Assembly (NCBI GenBank): GCA_964016885.1
Contig: OZ024740.1
Span: 350,672,001 to 350,736,000, forward strand
Length of the DNA: 64,000 nucleotides
From: Eledone cirrhosa
Lineage: Eukaryota
Direction of reading: 5' to 3'
The first letter of the stretch is position 1. Each line of letters opens with the position of its first letter. Positions 40,869 through 56,705 of the stretch are shown piece after piece. A program made the translations under genes and the position numbers. The notes under the pieces were generated by a model. The model saw nothing but the letters and a program-made list of their open reading frames with translations, searched no databases and had not been told where the DNA came from.

Positions 40869-43469
40869 ATTTGCGTTTTTTTTTATTTTAGTTTGTAAAC
40901 CATGACATTCTGTGTATTCAACCCAAATTCCCGGGGGGCTTGTCACGCTGTGTCTCCAAAATATGCATAAATAAATACAATAAATGAAATAAAGAGTAAA
41001 TGTCCGAAATCGAACTGTCTATGTCTGCCACAAAATACGATAGATTTCACAGTTTGGAACTTCCTTGTTTGTAAAATAATCCATATTTTCAGGTACTCTT
41101 AAGACAACTATTAATTTGGTAGTTTAAGAAACATTGAAAGCCCGAGGTAGTAAAAAATACACCCACTCTCTTTGACAGTCAAAAATAGTTTCTAATTAAG
41201 GCACAAGGCCATAATTTGTATCTCAATGTGAATTGAACTCAGGATAAAGAGTCGGAACAATTCCGATGCTCTGTGTATTCTACTAATCTGTCAACATTCA
41301 ATAATATAATTCTTTTTTACATTGACACAAGGCCAGCAATTATTGTTTTATTGTTGTTTGGGGGGCGGTAATGTCAATCATACCGAACAAGTACTTAACT
41401 ATTACTTTTTTTATAGACCCTGGAAGAACGAAAGTCAAAGTTAGCATCGGCAGGATTTGAATGTAGAAAGAAGTAATTGAATACAGCAAAGCTTTTTGTC
41501 AGAAGAATAAAGAGGAGGAGAAGGAGGATGAGGAAAAGAAGAAAGTGCAAAAATTATAATTTTGAGAAAGACATTTCTGCAACAAGATGAATCTGCGATA
41601 ATAGAATAAATATATATAATTTAACTGACATAAAAAGACATATAAAATGTAAAAGTAATCACTTTAGACCTGAAATTACTTCAAGCCTCATAAACTGTTC
41701 CTTTCACAAAATATAAGTATTACACTCATTTCTTCGCTCGTAGACACATATAACTTGTTATTTTAGTTTCTTATATATTTTTCCTTTTTTTTTTTATTCC
41801 ATCAATTTTCGCAATTATGGTTATGGTAATGAAAAGATAAAGAAGTTAGATATTAAATATTATTCTATACAAATTGATTCTTTCGATGAATACCTCAAGA
41901 TGGTTGTGGTGGTGGGTTGGGAGAAGAGAGGCGCATGCTTTGCTTTGCAGATTGGTTTTTCAATATTTGAAATAACAATGTCAGAAATCAATATTAAAAT
42001 GTTAGTGATCAATATTTGAAATTACAATTTCTTTCTTTCGATTTCTGCAATGTAATAAATAACTTTTTCTTTTATCCATTTTTATTTATCCACTGCAGCA
42101 CCACACCATCGTACTTTTATATATTTCCTTCGTCAATGTTTCTCAATTTATGTATTTATGCATTTTGCGTATTAATTTGCCAACGTATTTTGTCTATTCA
42201 TATATCTTATTGTCTATTTAAGCATTTTGTATTATTTATCTACATATTTTGTGGGCGTTTTATGTGTATTAGTATATTTTCGCATTTCTATGTTTGTTTT
42301 GCATGTATTTATGTGTCTTCGCTATTTTGTATCAATGTATGTTCTGTATTAATATATTTCTGTTTTATTCTTATGCTTAATTATATATATATTGTGTTTC
42401 ACGTATGTTATTTATGTTATTCTGTATTTATATATCAGTATATTTTGTGTATTTAATATTTTGTGTATTGATATATAAATTCTGTGTATTTATGTATTTA
42501 GAATACATAGCGAGTATTTACTATCTATGTAAAGTGTGCATTTATGTGTCTACGTATTTTGTGTATGAAGGTATCGATGCAATGTATGTATTTATATATC
42601 TCTGTATCTTCTATTCATGTATGCATGTATTTATGTATTTCAATTATTTATATGTATGTTGTGACTATATGTATTATATATGACAATAGTTTAAGATGCT
42701 TCACAACAATAAAAGGAGGCATTAATCTACTGGCAGATATACTTCTCGCGTTGTAGAGTTATAATACTTTGATTATCAGTAGCTAAATTTACTGAGGTGG
42801 GGGAGAGTAAAATGCTTTCTGATAAATTTACCGGTGATTAGTATTCAATTGAGATTAATTTCTCCGGTGATAGGTATTACGTCTAAGACTAAGAAGTATT
42901 CAATAAAAATAATAATTTTAGTTAAATATACCTAGTGATACAATCGTGGTAAATGAAATGTATGGCTGGACTGGCATTATTTATTGCGAGCGATGCATCA
43001 CGGAAAGATATGAATATCACAAATTTTCCTTAAATCATAGGAAAATTAGAAGAAGATAGTGGTCTTATGTTTCCTTGTAAATCAGATAGGATTAGTGGAA
43101 ATTAATAATATAGTACACGAGTTTTTCAATCTGGATCACTAGATAGAACCGATTGATATCTCATTCAGTAGAGTTAAGCGTCGCATCTTTGTTATGCAAA
43201 ATTATCCAAACTTCATATTTCTGGAAACGTATAGCTACTACACAGAGGCAGTTAGAACCACCAAACTTACTATAATTGCTAGGCTTCGCCATCAGTAATA
43301 ATCTCTCCAGCTGATCTAACATTTACAACATAAATACTGCGCCACAAAGAATAGCCTCCCTCTCCAGCAAATTGGCCTTGTGCAACATACAGGGTGTATA
43401 CACACTTCAACAGTATTCTAATAAATATGTGTATACATTTTTGGGGACTCTCACTCTCTCTCTCTCTCT

Positions 43470-43553
<84 letters not shown>

Positions 43554-43619
43554 TGATTGCTACTTCTTGTCAGAAGAGTGTCCTCCCTTCGTTGGACATT
43601 ACACGGTCATGTGCACGCA

Positions 43620-43830
43620 GGTGACTTTTCACACCCGCTTTGGTTTTGCAGACCCGTTCACAGATGTGACACTTGAACTGACTGTCTTCTGTCAATACTG
43701 GATGTTATACACCCTCGTAAACCTTGGTAAAGGCCATGATTTATTCTTGGCTACTCTGCAGGGTAGAGGCATACGCTGAGATGACAGTGATGAAACGTCC
43801 TCTAGAAAAAGGACACCTTTGGTGCATGAT
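43620..43830 (-). mobile_element. RTE-type endonuclease relic
   Basis: FITVISAYASTL motif. Confidence 0.5.
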
Positions 43831-45704
43831 AGGATCACTAATGCCTATCTGATAAATGATATTAAGGATAAAACTTAATGTGAACTGTTCATAATCATGA
43901 ATAGGATTGATATGCACAGCCGAGGTCGAACTGGTATCAAAATTGGTGTTTATAGGATTGTCTGCAGACGCCATAATGCTACTTAACACATCGGAAGATG
44001 ATCACCGACATGTAATGTTTAGGTTAGCTGCCAAGTCCTGCAAAACAGGTATGTAAGTCAGCCAACCGAAATGAGGTTCCTCCGAATAGTCTCTGGAGTG
44101 ACGTTGCGCGGAGGTAAGGAAGTCGGTCCAGATAAAGCCGCTACATCTCTGCATCAATGATCACATATGGTTAGAATAAGCAAAGCCAACCGGCAGGAGA
44201 TCCGAAGGTTGGTCTCACTTGGGAATCATAAGGAGTATTTGGTGACTGTTGCTCCCAATAAGAACCCCTAGAATACGTGTCTGAGGAGTATGGTCCACGG
44301 CGCTCACAACAATAAATTGGGCACAAAATCTGTATACATATATGAATAGGCAGACAGACAGACACAGATAGACGGACACATATAGACTGTGAGAGAGAGA
44401 CAGACAATCACAGACAGATAGATAGGTAGATAGAAACAGCATGTTTTCAGTTATACAAGATATTTTTAAATTGTGAGACATATTTTTAGTAGGGAAGTGG
44501 TTGAGATATTTTAGTAGGGAAGTGGTTGAGATATTTTAAAAGGTACTGTAACTGGCTAAACCTCTTCGTGTGATTGAATCGCAATGAAAGAGGTAAGATA
44601 GAATCGTTAAAATGTAGTATGACATAGGATTCCAATTTAGTCTAGATAATTAAGAATATACGATTCTCCATTGTAGGTTTGAGAAGGGGATGGAGGTACG
44701 TCCGTTTACAAACATCTGTGACCTCTGTGTAGTAGCTGCGAATAACATAATTAAAATGGAAGCCTTCAAGTTATTCCAATTAGTGTGTATTTACTAAGAA
44801 TATTCTTCGTATTTCTCTAAGATATGATTTAATTTTTCTTAACGTTGTTCCGTCCTAACATCACGTACTTTAATCTTTTACACCGTGTCTTCGTATTATA
44901 TTTATATCAAATAAAAAGATAATTCGAGTACTTTATATAAATTTCCACATTTTTAACAATGTCAACTTCTTTGGAAAACGTAAATAAAATATTTACGCTC
45001 TTGAGGCATAGTTTTAAGGACATGGATTAAATGTTTTGCGGTATTTTATCTGGCGCTTTGCATCTTGAATTCAAATACCGGAAAGGTAATCTTCGCATGA
45101 CATTAGTTTAATGACGATAAATGGCTAGGGTGGCGGATTGACAGATTATTTTTGGCATAGCATATTTAATGGCTCTGTTCATATACTGTAAATAGACGAG
45201 TAAGATTATATCATGTATACTGACTTCAGTAAATTCAACTACTTTCAGTAGAATTCGATTCTATTTTCCCCCAATATATTTCTCATAGGAACAGAATTAT
45301 CATTGGTGACCCAACAAGCCAAACAATCCATAGATGAACAGACTAATCACTAAATATGTTTGATCGCGGGAAGATTTGACTAGATGGAGGAATATGTTTA
45401 AATGTGTTTAAGCATAACGTGTTAGAATATATGTGCGGGATGTGTACAATCATGTGGTATTTTGCATATATGTATCCATGAAAGAAACGCCCTCTTTCTC
45501 CCCCCCCCCCCTTCTCTCTCTCTTTTCCATAAAAAAGCATACGAAGAAGAAAAATTGCAGTGTCCATGGTAGCTGATGAGAAAGTAAGATGCATGTGTCT
45601 GTTCATTCAACGTTTATACTTTTCTTTTAATTCCTTGTGATAATCCAAATTTTCAAAAAGAGAGACTAGAAAGATTATTTCAATTATAGAAGGATCTCCT
45701 TGTT

Positions 45705-46030
45705 AAGCGACCTCGTTTAAGTCAAGACAGCTGATGAACGGTGCGATTTTCGCCCCTGACGCAACACAGTCGATTAGATATTCACACTGTGGCAGGTCTT
45801 CGAGAAATCGAGGGAGTATTGCCAAGAGGTGTATACTTGTTTCGTAGACCTCGAAGAAGCATATGCCCGCCTTCCACGTGACGTGTTGTGGAAGATTCTG
45901 CTCGAGTATTCTTATTGATCTGATGTCTCTATATGAATGCCCAAGTATTTGTGTTTGGATGAATGATGCTAAATCGAAACCATTCAATGTGGAGGTCGGA
46001 TACAATCAAGAGTGCGCACTGTTACCTCTC
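45705..46030 (+). mobile_element. RTE-clade RT relic
   Basis: QCDFRP..IFTL.Q.FEK..CFVDLEEAY..SKPFNVEVG.QEC.L.P with stops. Confidence 0.7.
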
Positions 46031-46199
46031 TATGTTACGATTCGAGAATATAGTCGGTGCCACATTTACATTATGGATGAGTGCCGAGTTATTTGTGAAG
46101 CACTGATCCATGACATTCTCGTCTCTTGTTGAGTGTAGCACCATTTTCTCCTTGAACGGTCAGTTTGTAAGGTCCAGCAGGGACTCTCTCTGTGTTTGT

Positions 46200-46660
46200 T
46201 CTTGTGCTGTCATTCTTAAGAGGAGTTGGCCTTTAGGCCATTTGACCTTGATTAGGTTGAAGTCTGCCAGCAGCAGTATGTTGAGGTATGTTCTAGTTTG
46301 GTTAGTACTTTCATTTTTCTAGGGCTATTTTCGAATTTGTCCTCATGATTAGGAGCATCTGAGTTGCTTTACTTTTACTATTAATGTGTCACCGACTGGG
46401 TTCCACTGTAACAATAGTATTAAGGGTGTGACATCTTCACGGGTGTACAAAGCAACTCCACCATTAGTTCTTTCCCCCCTGTTAGTACAAAATACAATAT
46501 ACTTTGGTATGTGTATTTTCACACTGCTATGCTAGCTCTGGGGAGCAGTTTAGTTAGTGCCATTCACGTTGCTTGATTGCTTATGGCTAGGTCTCTCCGC
46601 TAGAGGTTTTTACTTATGTTGGTAAGTTTTACCAAGCCTCTGACATTTAGCAGTAACACT
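46200..46660 (-). mobile_element. CR1/L2-like APE endonuclease relic
   Basis: LLNVRGL, GGVALY and LLADFN motifs in decayed frames. Confidence 0.5.
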
Positions 46661-46962
46661 AGTGTGACATCTGAGTCATCGGCAGTTGTCTCTCATATGG
46701 CATTTGGGTGAGTGCCAGAGGTGAACACCCCCTGTCCTGTATTTGTTGTGGTCACGAATGTTGGTGTAAATGTTTTCGGTTTTGTATCTGATGTAGCCAT
46801 GTGTCTTTTTCTATTGCTCATTCTCTCTTTTAATGAAAGACTAGTGTCCGAAACATAACGAGTTTTCCTACAATATCAAGCGTTAAACTAATATGTTTTT
46901 GCACCATACTGTATTGTTTGCGTTGTTGTTTCCGTTTATTTTTGCATAAATATATAGATAAA

Positions 46963-46996
<34 letters not shown>

Positions 46997-47405
46997 TACT
47001 TATTTACAAAAGAATTATAAAGCACTTTTATGTTTTTGTACGATTAAACATAACATGCGTGCGCCTTTGTCTGTTTCTCGGGTGTTCTTAGTGTATGTGC
47101 GTGCGCCCGTGCATGTATTTGTCTGTGCGTATCCTTGTGTGAGCGTATATCTCTGATCACTGATTTTTAAAAAAGGAAATGGCACCCACCTCCCAATATC
47201 CAAGACGGAGATGACGTCGGGAAATGTTTTTTGTCAAGGTTTTACTTAGAAAATAGTTTTGGCACTCAATAACATTACATGCACACACACACACACACAC
47301 CCACATATATATATACATATATGCATACATACACACACACACACCCATGTATATATATATATATATGTGTGTGTGAGTGTGTATATATATATATATATAC
47401 ATGCA

Positions 47406-47468
<63 letters not shown>

Positions 47469-47503
47469 GCATATATGTATATATATATATATATATACAT
47501 GCA

Positions 47504-47600
<97 letters not shown>

Positions 47601-50600
47601 GCATATGTATATATTACATATATATACACACACACTCATTCATCCGCACACACAACACATACACATATATCTATATAATTGATGCGTTAAGCAGTGTACG
47701 TTTTGATGGTATAATGTACTTCAGTAAAAGCCTACTAGTCATCACTAATATATATATACACAGACCACTGGCACGCAAATATATACACTAGATGTATATA
47801 TTTGTGTATTAGGGTGTGCTCTTGTGATCGTTAATTGTTTTTGCAAGCTCTGGAAGAAGAATTTTGAATGCAAAAATCTTATAGCCTACAGAGAAATACA
47901 TTTCCATTCGCTACTTTGATGTATGGGTATGAGTTATAGAATGGCGCGGGTAAACCTTCTGTGTAACGTTTTTCATTTTAACTGTTAATAATTATACAAT
48001 CCACCACCTGCAACACATAACACATGCTAATAAATAACTAAATAAATAATAAAGATAAATAAAAATTACTTTTTACAATATTGAACATAATCTGTCTTTG
48101 AGAAATTGCGAAAATGCCAATAAGAAGAATTTCTAATATTGACACCAGGCCAATAAACTTTTTTTTTCTTTTTTCTTTTCGATGCAGAATACTAACATCG
48201 ATTAAATCAAACCATTGTATTCTAAGGACTCATTAAAAATAGAAAAAAAGTTGACATTGCTGGGATTTGGGCTCAGAAGTAATAATAACACAATTAAATA
48301 CCTTAAAGACTTTTGCCTGGCGCTCTGCTAATTCTGACAGTCCATCGTTTCTAATTCAAATAATAATAGTTACATTGAAACAAGATCACAAATGTCTATG
48401 TTCGATTACATCAATGCGGTGTTTATGTATGTTCCCTTACTGGTTTCAGCTATTTGATTGCGGACAAGTGGATGCACAGCATTGGAAGGTGTTTAGTCGA
48501 TATTGGCATCAGTACTTACATTTTCAAGCCTGCTACTTATTTTATCGATCTCTATTTGTTGAATCGCTAAGACATAAACATATACACAGGCCCAAGCTTA
48601 AACATAGATGTGTACACAACCACATATTCACATGAGGCTGTAGCAGAAGACACATGCGCAAAGTGCTATGCAGTGTGACGTAAAAATAGACAGACATATT
48701 CTGTATATAATCCTGTATTTAATCTACATTTTCACAGATATATTATCACAGATTTGTTAAATTAAATTATTTCCATTTCTTCATCAATTATAATATTCTA
48801 AAAGAGAAATATAGTCTATGTTTGGTAATGTGTGTGTCGCAATAATATTCACGTGAACTCGACAATATATATCTCTTATTTAAATCAAAGTATAACATAC
48901 TGAAAAAGATCAACGAATAATCAGCAGCAATTATAAATAATATGGGGCTACGGCATACTCCTTGTAAAAGAATAAAACAGAAAAAATATAGATCTGATAT
49001 GCCATATTAAAGGAAATATGCTTAGTACAGCTTCACAGCTTTGTAATTCATCTCTACGGCAATTATTTGTTTCTGTGAATTGCACTTCATTAACTGTTTA
49101 TATACTAGGATTTTCGCACAGTTTTGGTAATCCAAATCCAACTCAGGAAATGTTAGGCTGTTATAGAAAAACTTGCCCAATATTCCACACAATTAAATAT
49201 AATCCGGAGCCACGCGATTGAGAAGCAAACGTCTGAACTATAGAACCATGTCGACACTAGATTTCATTGTATCAAAAATACATGCATGCCTTTATCCTTG
49301 AATTCTTCTAATTTCTTCTGAAATAAAAATTGACCAAACATCATGCAAGACTTTTACAACATTACTTTATAAGTGTGAACGCAGGATGGCCGAATGGTTA
49401 AGAAGTGTGTTTCACAATTATAAGGCTCCATGTTCAATCACATTACGTGGTATCTTAAATATACGCCATGCACCATCGCCTCGGTTCAACCCAAGCTATG
49501 GAAATGGAATTGGAGAGATAAAATCTCTTTCGAAGCCTGTCGGATTAATTGTAGCTGTAATTCATCACGCTGATTTTCCCAGATAATTTCGGCGAGCACG
49601 CATGTATTGAGTACCCAGTCACTTCTATGTTCATTTTATGAGCTGACTGTTCTGCAGACTGTTCTGTTTAGTGAAAGCCTGGAACAATCATCGTCGAAAC
49701 TGACAGAAGTCCAACCCATTTAAAAATGTGAAATATATCTAGGAAAAACAAACACATATATGATATCTCTACCATCAAGGAGAAAGTAAATCTATACCAA
49801 AGAAAATGTCAAAATATTATTCATATTATACATGTGGTGAATATGAGACAAGTAGCAAACCGATAATGACGGTAGGGGTTTTGGTGCCCTATGACATATA
49901 CTGGTGATATTGTTAGTGTTGTGTAGGAGGTAATGAAAGTAATAAAGTGCAGATGGATGTGGTGATGAAATCTATAAGTTAATTAGAATCCCATCTACCT
50001 ACTACAGTTTCAATTACTACATAAACAACAAGTTGCGTCTGAGCGATATATATTAATGTTACACGTGTCAAGCCTGTGATCGCATGTACGTGTATGTATA
50101 TCACGATTAACATATATATATATACATATGTATGTATATATAAATACACACACCCACCCACACACCCACACACACACACACACACACACACAGATATATA
50201 CATATATATATAAACAAAATTAGAATATGGTTTTTTGCTCTAACATAGCGGATACAATAATTTGTTCGTGAGATTTATGTTGAATAATAATTGTTTCTAC
50301 TTTTGGCACAAGGCCATCAATTACCGAGTGCATTACTGGTACTTTATTTTATCGACCCCGTAAGGATGAAAGGCAAAGTTAACCTCGGCGGGATTTGAAC
50401 TCAGAATGGCAAGGGCCGTAACTATGCGTCAAAGCATGGTGTCCGACTCTCTACCGATACTGCCAATCACACCTTTATTTATGTTGAATAATAATATGTT
50501 GAATGATAATAATATTCGATTCGTTATAATAATATTTGATATAAAACTCACGAATTCATACACACACACTCACACTCAGACACACACACACACTTACACA

Positions 50601-51056
50601 CACACACATAGACACACACTCACACACTCATACACCCATGCACTCACACACACATGCACTCACACACACACGCGCACAAAAACACTCATACCCACACACA
50701 TATATGAGCAAGGAAGATGGAAAAAAACTTACCTCAACACTTAATTTTAAACCTTTAATTTCTAGTTTTTAATTCCCATTAACTCTTTTTAATTGTAATA
50801 CTCAACATTTGATAAGATGAATTTTAATAATACATCGAAACCAGAATATATTATATACTTTATATACTTTATATACATTATAAAACTGTTTTTTAAAAGA
50901 ATTGTCCCGCTCATTTTTTCAATAATGTCATCTTTTCAATAATATCACTTTGACGAAGGAAAAAAAAGAAAAACAGACCCTAAAATATATTTTCCGTGCT
51001 ATTTCCAACTTCACCTTTTCTCTATATCCACTGCTTTGTATAGAACCTTACTTCCC

Positions 51057-51094
<38 letters not shown>

Positions 51095-51227
51095 GATAAA
51101 TCTACCAAAAGTTTACGGTAGTGTCCAATCCGTATGAAGAACTCAATGTAATCCGGATATCATGAAAAGAGAAGATGCATTCAAAAACTACTTTCGGTGA
51201 AAAATAAACGGAAAAAAGAGTCAACAT

Positions 51228-51588
51228 AAATTAATAAAATAATGAATAAACAAAGAAACAGTTCCTTATATTAAAAAAACTTCATCATTTTACGATCGTT
51301 TCTAGGATATATATGTGTTAGAGTTGGTATGCATATTCTATAGATCTATGTACAATATACAATATTTATACAAACTATCAGAGGGAATATACATACCTAC
51401 ACATATATATGCGTAGTAGGTATGTATATTCCCTCTGATAGTTTGTATAAATATTGTATATTGTACATAAATCTATAGAATATGCATACCAACTCTAACA
51501 CATATATATCCTAGAAACGATCGTAAAATGATGAAGTTTTTTTAATATAAGGAACTGTTTCTTTGTTTATTCATTATTTTATTAATTT
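51228..51588. repeat. Near-perfect palindrome (~173-bp arms, 15-nt loop) of pLTR sequence
   Basis: One mismatch seen; contains GAAA-CGATCG-TA hammerhead half. Confidence 0.85.
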
Positions 51589-51598
51589 ATATATATAT

Positions 51599-51648
<50 letters not shown>

Positions 51649-51652
51649 GTAT

Positions 51653-51728
<76 letters not shown>

Positions 51729-51910
51729 CTACATATACATATATATATATACATATACATATATATATACATATATATATACATATAAATATATATATAT
51801 ATTAATAAATGGAAACTATATTTATAAAACCATAATTATTTTATTATATATATTTCTTTCAAGGGCAACCAAGGCAAATTTTGGTGCGCTTTCATTTTAA
51901 TTGTAACCTC

Positions 51911-51974
<64 letters not shown>

Positions 51975-52154
51975 ATACATTAACAGAGAAAGCTTTAAGC
52001 GATACTCTGACCAACTCCATCTCACTCAACAAACATTAGGATATACCTAAGTATAATCCCAATTTAGTGTTTGGGGTGCTAACTAATCAGTATTTCGTGG
52101 ATAGCTGGTTGTATTATTTTATATGAGACATAATTAAATAAATCTCTCTTTCCT

Positions 52155-52277
52155 TCCATACGATCGTTTCGTTATAAGATTTCTACAAGTTGGGATAAAT
52201 AATGTCCAAGTTATGTAGAAACTTGTATATAATCCATAGATATACACACAAGCGGGGCCTTATAACTCATCAGTGGA
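52155..52277 (-). ncRNA. Type I hammerhead with long branched stem II
   Basis: TCCA-CTGATGA-GTTATAAG..CTTATAAC-GAAA-CGATCG-TA-TGGA. Confidence 0.8.
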
Positions 52278-52507
52278 TGCCCATGCAATATCGATATAAA
52301 AAAAACTACATCGATATTAATAATTAGTGATGGTCTCCGTCAGTGCTAAAAGAACAGCTAAATTTGAAAAGCCAGTAGTCCTTCAAAAAGAAAATTCATA
52401 CTGTGCCCAAAAGGGAAAGGGGAGGTCATCGTAAAATATAAAATAATATACACGCTGGTCATTGAAGCCTGTAAGGTATTTTAACCACGTGTTTAAGAAC
52501 TCATTTG

Positions 52508-52532
<25 letters not shown>

Positions 52533-52538
<6 letters not shown>

Positions 52539-53120
52539 ACAAACGTGCTGCGGGGTTGCCAATGGATTACATATGAATAAAGTTAGTCCTTCATCAGTGA
52601 TCTTCCAACCATCATTGGTATTTCATCGCTTTATAGACCATATACCTCCGTTTGGTGCGAGCAACAGCTAAAAAAAGTCGTTGGGAGACGTAAATAAAGG
52701 GGACACGAGTGTAAACAAACAAAAATGGTGAAGCAACGAAAAGTGAGGAAGAAGGAGTCAAGTCCCAAATTTCTATGAATTTAAATTCGGTGAAATCGTG
52801 AACGAGAGAGAATAAAGACCATCAAACCTGGTTGAAATGAGAGCAAGGAAGGAATTTCGCACAGGTCTAACGGGAGGAAGAAGGGGTCTAGTCTGTGAAT
52901 TCGGTAAACATAAGTTCTGTGAAATCGTAGACGAGAGAGAGAAAAAATGCCGACCGGCCTGGCCAAGCGTGCGAAAGAAAAGAATTACGCACAGGTCAAA
53001 CGGGAAGAAGGAGGAGGAGGAGAGGTAGTAACAGAGAATGAGTGAGCGAGTGAAGGGTGAGGAAGAGGCTAACAGAGAGAGTGACTGTTAGAGAGGGTAA
53101 AGATACAGAAAAAGAGGAAG
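52533..53120 (-). mobile_element. Retrozyme-like repeat subfamily 1 (copy D) with rearranged HHR at 52586-52687
   Basis: Homologous to 25070-25655; core intact, three helix mismatches. Confidence 0.85.
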
Positions 53121-53593
53121 GATATATTTATATATATATATTGAAAATAGAATTAGAAGTTTTCACCGTAAATTGACTACAGAAAATAATTTAATATTGG
53201 GGCATAGGAACCAGCATAATGTAAATAAATGACCACTAGTGTGCTTGGGTATCGACCTCACACTCTTATTTTCGCGATATGTATGTTAAATCGATTACAC
53301 ACAAACAGTCACGCACACTAATGCCCATTTTTCCCCATTATGGGGGTTCGTATGATTTGATTTTCACTTGTCAAGAAAACACGATGAAGTTTTATTTACA
53401 TGTATTTTTTTTTTTATTGTGTATCGACCTATTGCGCGCATTTCACAGATGATTTCTGGACCCGAATCCACTATCGATCTGCTTCTCAGAGTAGCGATTC
53501 AACAAAAAATATAGTGATTTGTGAGATGATGGGTATATTTTTCGTGTATGTAGGCGTACGTAAGTGTTTGAATGCATAGACACGGTTACTCTG

Positions 53594-53788
<195 letters not shown>

Positions 53789-54604
53789 TTAATATAGAAA
53801 GGCTTCTACAGGTCTAGAGCTGTTTCATTTGGGTGAAATCATCAGGAACCCAACTTTCCAAGTAATATGGTGGTATTTATATCTTTTCTAGTGGTAGGAG
53901 AGGGTGGTGATTGGGATGGGGGGAAGTCATTAGTTGATGGGTTTAAAGAAAAGGGAATTCTTTAAAAACTATATTTAGAATAACAAAGGCAGAAAGAATT
54001 CTATAGACAGGTTCACTTAGGCTAACAATGCCTAAGGTCAGGTGTCTACGAGCACATTTACACACGTACACATATAAAGCCCTCACTCCCACACATTGGC
54101 AAAACACACACACTCTTATACCCATAAATATATATATATATATACATACACACATACATGTATTTGCACCATAGATGTAACCTTTTCCAAGGAAGAAAGT
54201 GAGGAGAACATTACTGGTACTTTATTATATATAATATATATAATACGACATTCCTCTTTCTTTCTTACTCTATCTTTTTAGATAGATACATAGCTATAAC
54301 GTCGCGCGCTTATAATATCTCTCTGTATGTCTGCCTGCATTGACTTCGCTGCTAACCAACTTTTAATTGATTATATATATATAATTATATATTCTTGTAC
54401 AGATATGTTTGCATACACAAACACACAATACATCGGAAAACAGAACTACAAAACAAAATATAAACAAACATTGTATTTATTTCGTTAACTACGCAGCGAG
54501 TTGTTTACATTTAGTTTGAATGTACGAAAGCACAGGCGGCTTGTCGTCTGTTTATCCAAGCGAAGCTAGGTACGCCAGCTATATATATATATATATATAT
54601 ATAT

Positions 54605-56570
54605 ATGGATGCCGTTGAACACGCCAATGATGGATTTATTGAATGAAATCGATGGAGCTGGCCTTTCTCATCTTTCCATGTAGGCGGCATACAGATTAGC
54701 ACCACCAATCTCACTAAACAACACAATGCCCCCTTTGACCCTTTGACTCACGTGCGTGCTATCACATTTTAACTGAAGCCAATCACTATCATTCATGATT
54801 GACCCCTCATAACTTGATTGGTTATTTGATTTCTATGCGTCACCCGCCCCTGAATAACACCTATATAAAGAGCAAACATGACCCTGTTCGAACAATCATT
54901 GTTGCTGCCGATATGCCACCCAAAATGTCCCGGCCTGGCCGCAAGATCCGATTTTCCAGAAGAAAAAATGTTACTAGAGCAGCAGAGTCTGAAGATGATC
55001 ATGAACGTCGCCTTCAGCAGATGAGGACTCATACAAGAGCTAGTCGAGCAGGCCTATCTCAAGAGCAGCGCCAGTCTCGCATTCAGCAACTGAGGACTCA
55101 TGCAGAAGGCAAGGCAAGAGAGCATCACAGACAGAACAAGCCAGATTTCAGCAGGTGAGTTCACAAGCTGATTGCATCCACATTGCATTACAGCATCAAT
55201 GTGCCATACAGGTCCTTGCAAAACTGAGTCCGATTTTTAAGAGGGCATAAGTAGAACAATTCTGAGCAAATTTATTACAGGGCTGTCATTAATATTTGTT
55301 TGCCTACAGTAATCAATAAGAATTTTGGTATCAGTGACTGAAAAATCAAAATATTCTGGGAACAAATGATTTTTTATGTCCTCGAAAACGAGCGTTATTA
55401 CGACGACGATCTTCTTAGATTTTAAAGTTACTTTCGACTTTCTTTTCTTAAAATTAAAGTGGTATTTACTTCATCTTAATAACGGAAATGCTTTACGTGT
55501 GCTAGCAGAAAAACCACCCTTCGGGTGGTTTTCTGCTAGCGTGTGTAGTGTGTATATTGATATTATACGCAAGTACATATACATGTAGATATGATACATC
55601 AAATAAAATCGTAATTGACAATATACACAGACATTGAACGAAGACTGTGTTACACTCTCTTATGTAATTAGTAACGTAATCCATGATACATTAAAAAAAG
55701 ACGATATTATATATAAACTGCATTAGGAGAAAATTAGTGACAGAAAATAAATATGTTTATTTAAGCGATCGCCACCGGAAGTGTTGACATTTGAAAATTT
55801 TAAAGAAGTGAATCTTTAAATAAATAATAAAATATATTTAAGGAACAGCCACGAAATTTAGTAGATAAATTAGGTTAACTTTGCCTTTCATCCTTACGGG
55901 GGTCGATAAAATAAAGTACCAGTAATACACTGGGTAATTGCTGGCCTTGTGCCTAACGTAGAAACAATTATTTATTCAAACTAATCCAACTTATTTTATT
56001 AATGGGATAAAAAATTATAAACCATACGCAGTCCCGCGCTTCTCCCTTTATTATAGTTTAGATTCGCGCGCTTATGCGTGATAACTGAAGAAAAATTAAA
56101 GAAATTTCAAAACTTAATTACCTTTTCAAAAATTTTTTTTTATTTCCACATAGATAGGAACTTTAAGTTCAGATATGTATCCTCACATAACCTTACTGAA
56201 AAGCATTATCCCGCCGAGGTTAACTTTGCCTTTCCTCCTTACGGAGTCGATAAAATAAAGTACCAGTAATATACTGACTGGTGAATTGCTGGCCTTATGC
56301 CAAAAGTAGAAACAATTATGAAAGGTTTATATGATTAATTTTGCAAGGGTACGACAATAGCAGGATTGTGGCAAAACTAATGGTCCAGTGGTGGTGATAT
56401 TTTTCACGCGTCAGAAATGAGTCACAACAATAGCCCCCCCCCCCCCCCCTGATACGTACTCGAAACGACAATGTGACTTAAGAGGGCGTGCAGTATCTTT
56501 GCACTGGAGTGGAGAGGGGCTTCCTGAAAAGATAAAATGCCGGTATACCTAGCCGGACGGGCCAGCTAAT
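54605..56570 (+). mobile_element. Probable deleted Helitron with RepHel N-terminal remnant (54912-55158)
   Basis: MPPK..RAAESEDDHERRLQQMR..QEQRQSRIQQLR resembles Helitron N-terminal STPR-like repeats; GC hairpin plus CTAA near 56545-56569. Confidence 0.45.
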
Positions 56571-56647
56571 ATATATATATATATATATATATAATTATTA
56601 TAAAATAACAGGAGGCTGGACTGGTGTAAATCCTTGACAGGTTTATT

Positions 56648-56705
56648 ATACTATGATCATTTCAATGACCGGGTTCAGTATGAATCCGGTGACATCATCA
56701 TGTAT
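56648..56705 (-). ncRNA. Degenerate type I hammerhead in pLTR
   Basis: ATAC-aTGATGA..ACCGGATTCA/TGAACCCGGT..GAAA-TGATCA-TA-GTAT; C3 is mutated. Confidence 0.55.

Noticed and set aside
42016-42756. Hydrophobic ORFs as membrane proteins
   Set aside because: Decayed T-rich low-complexity sequence with no family motifs
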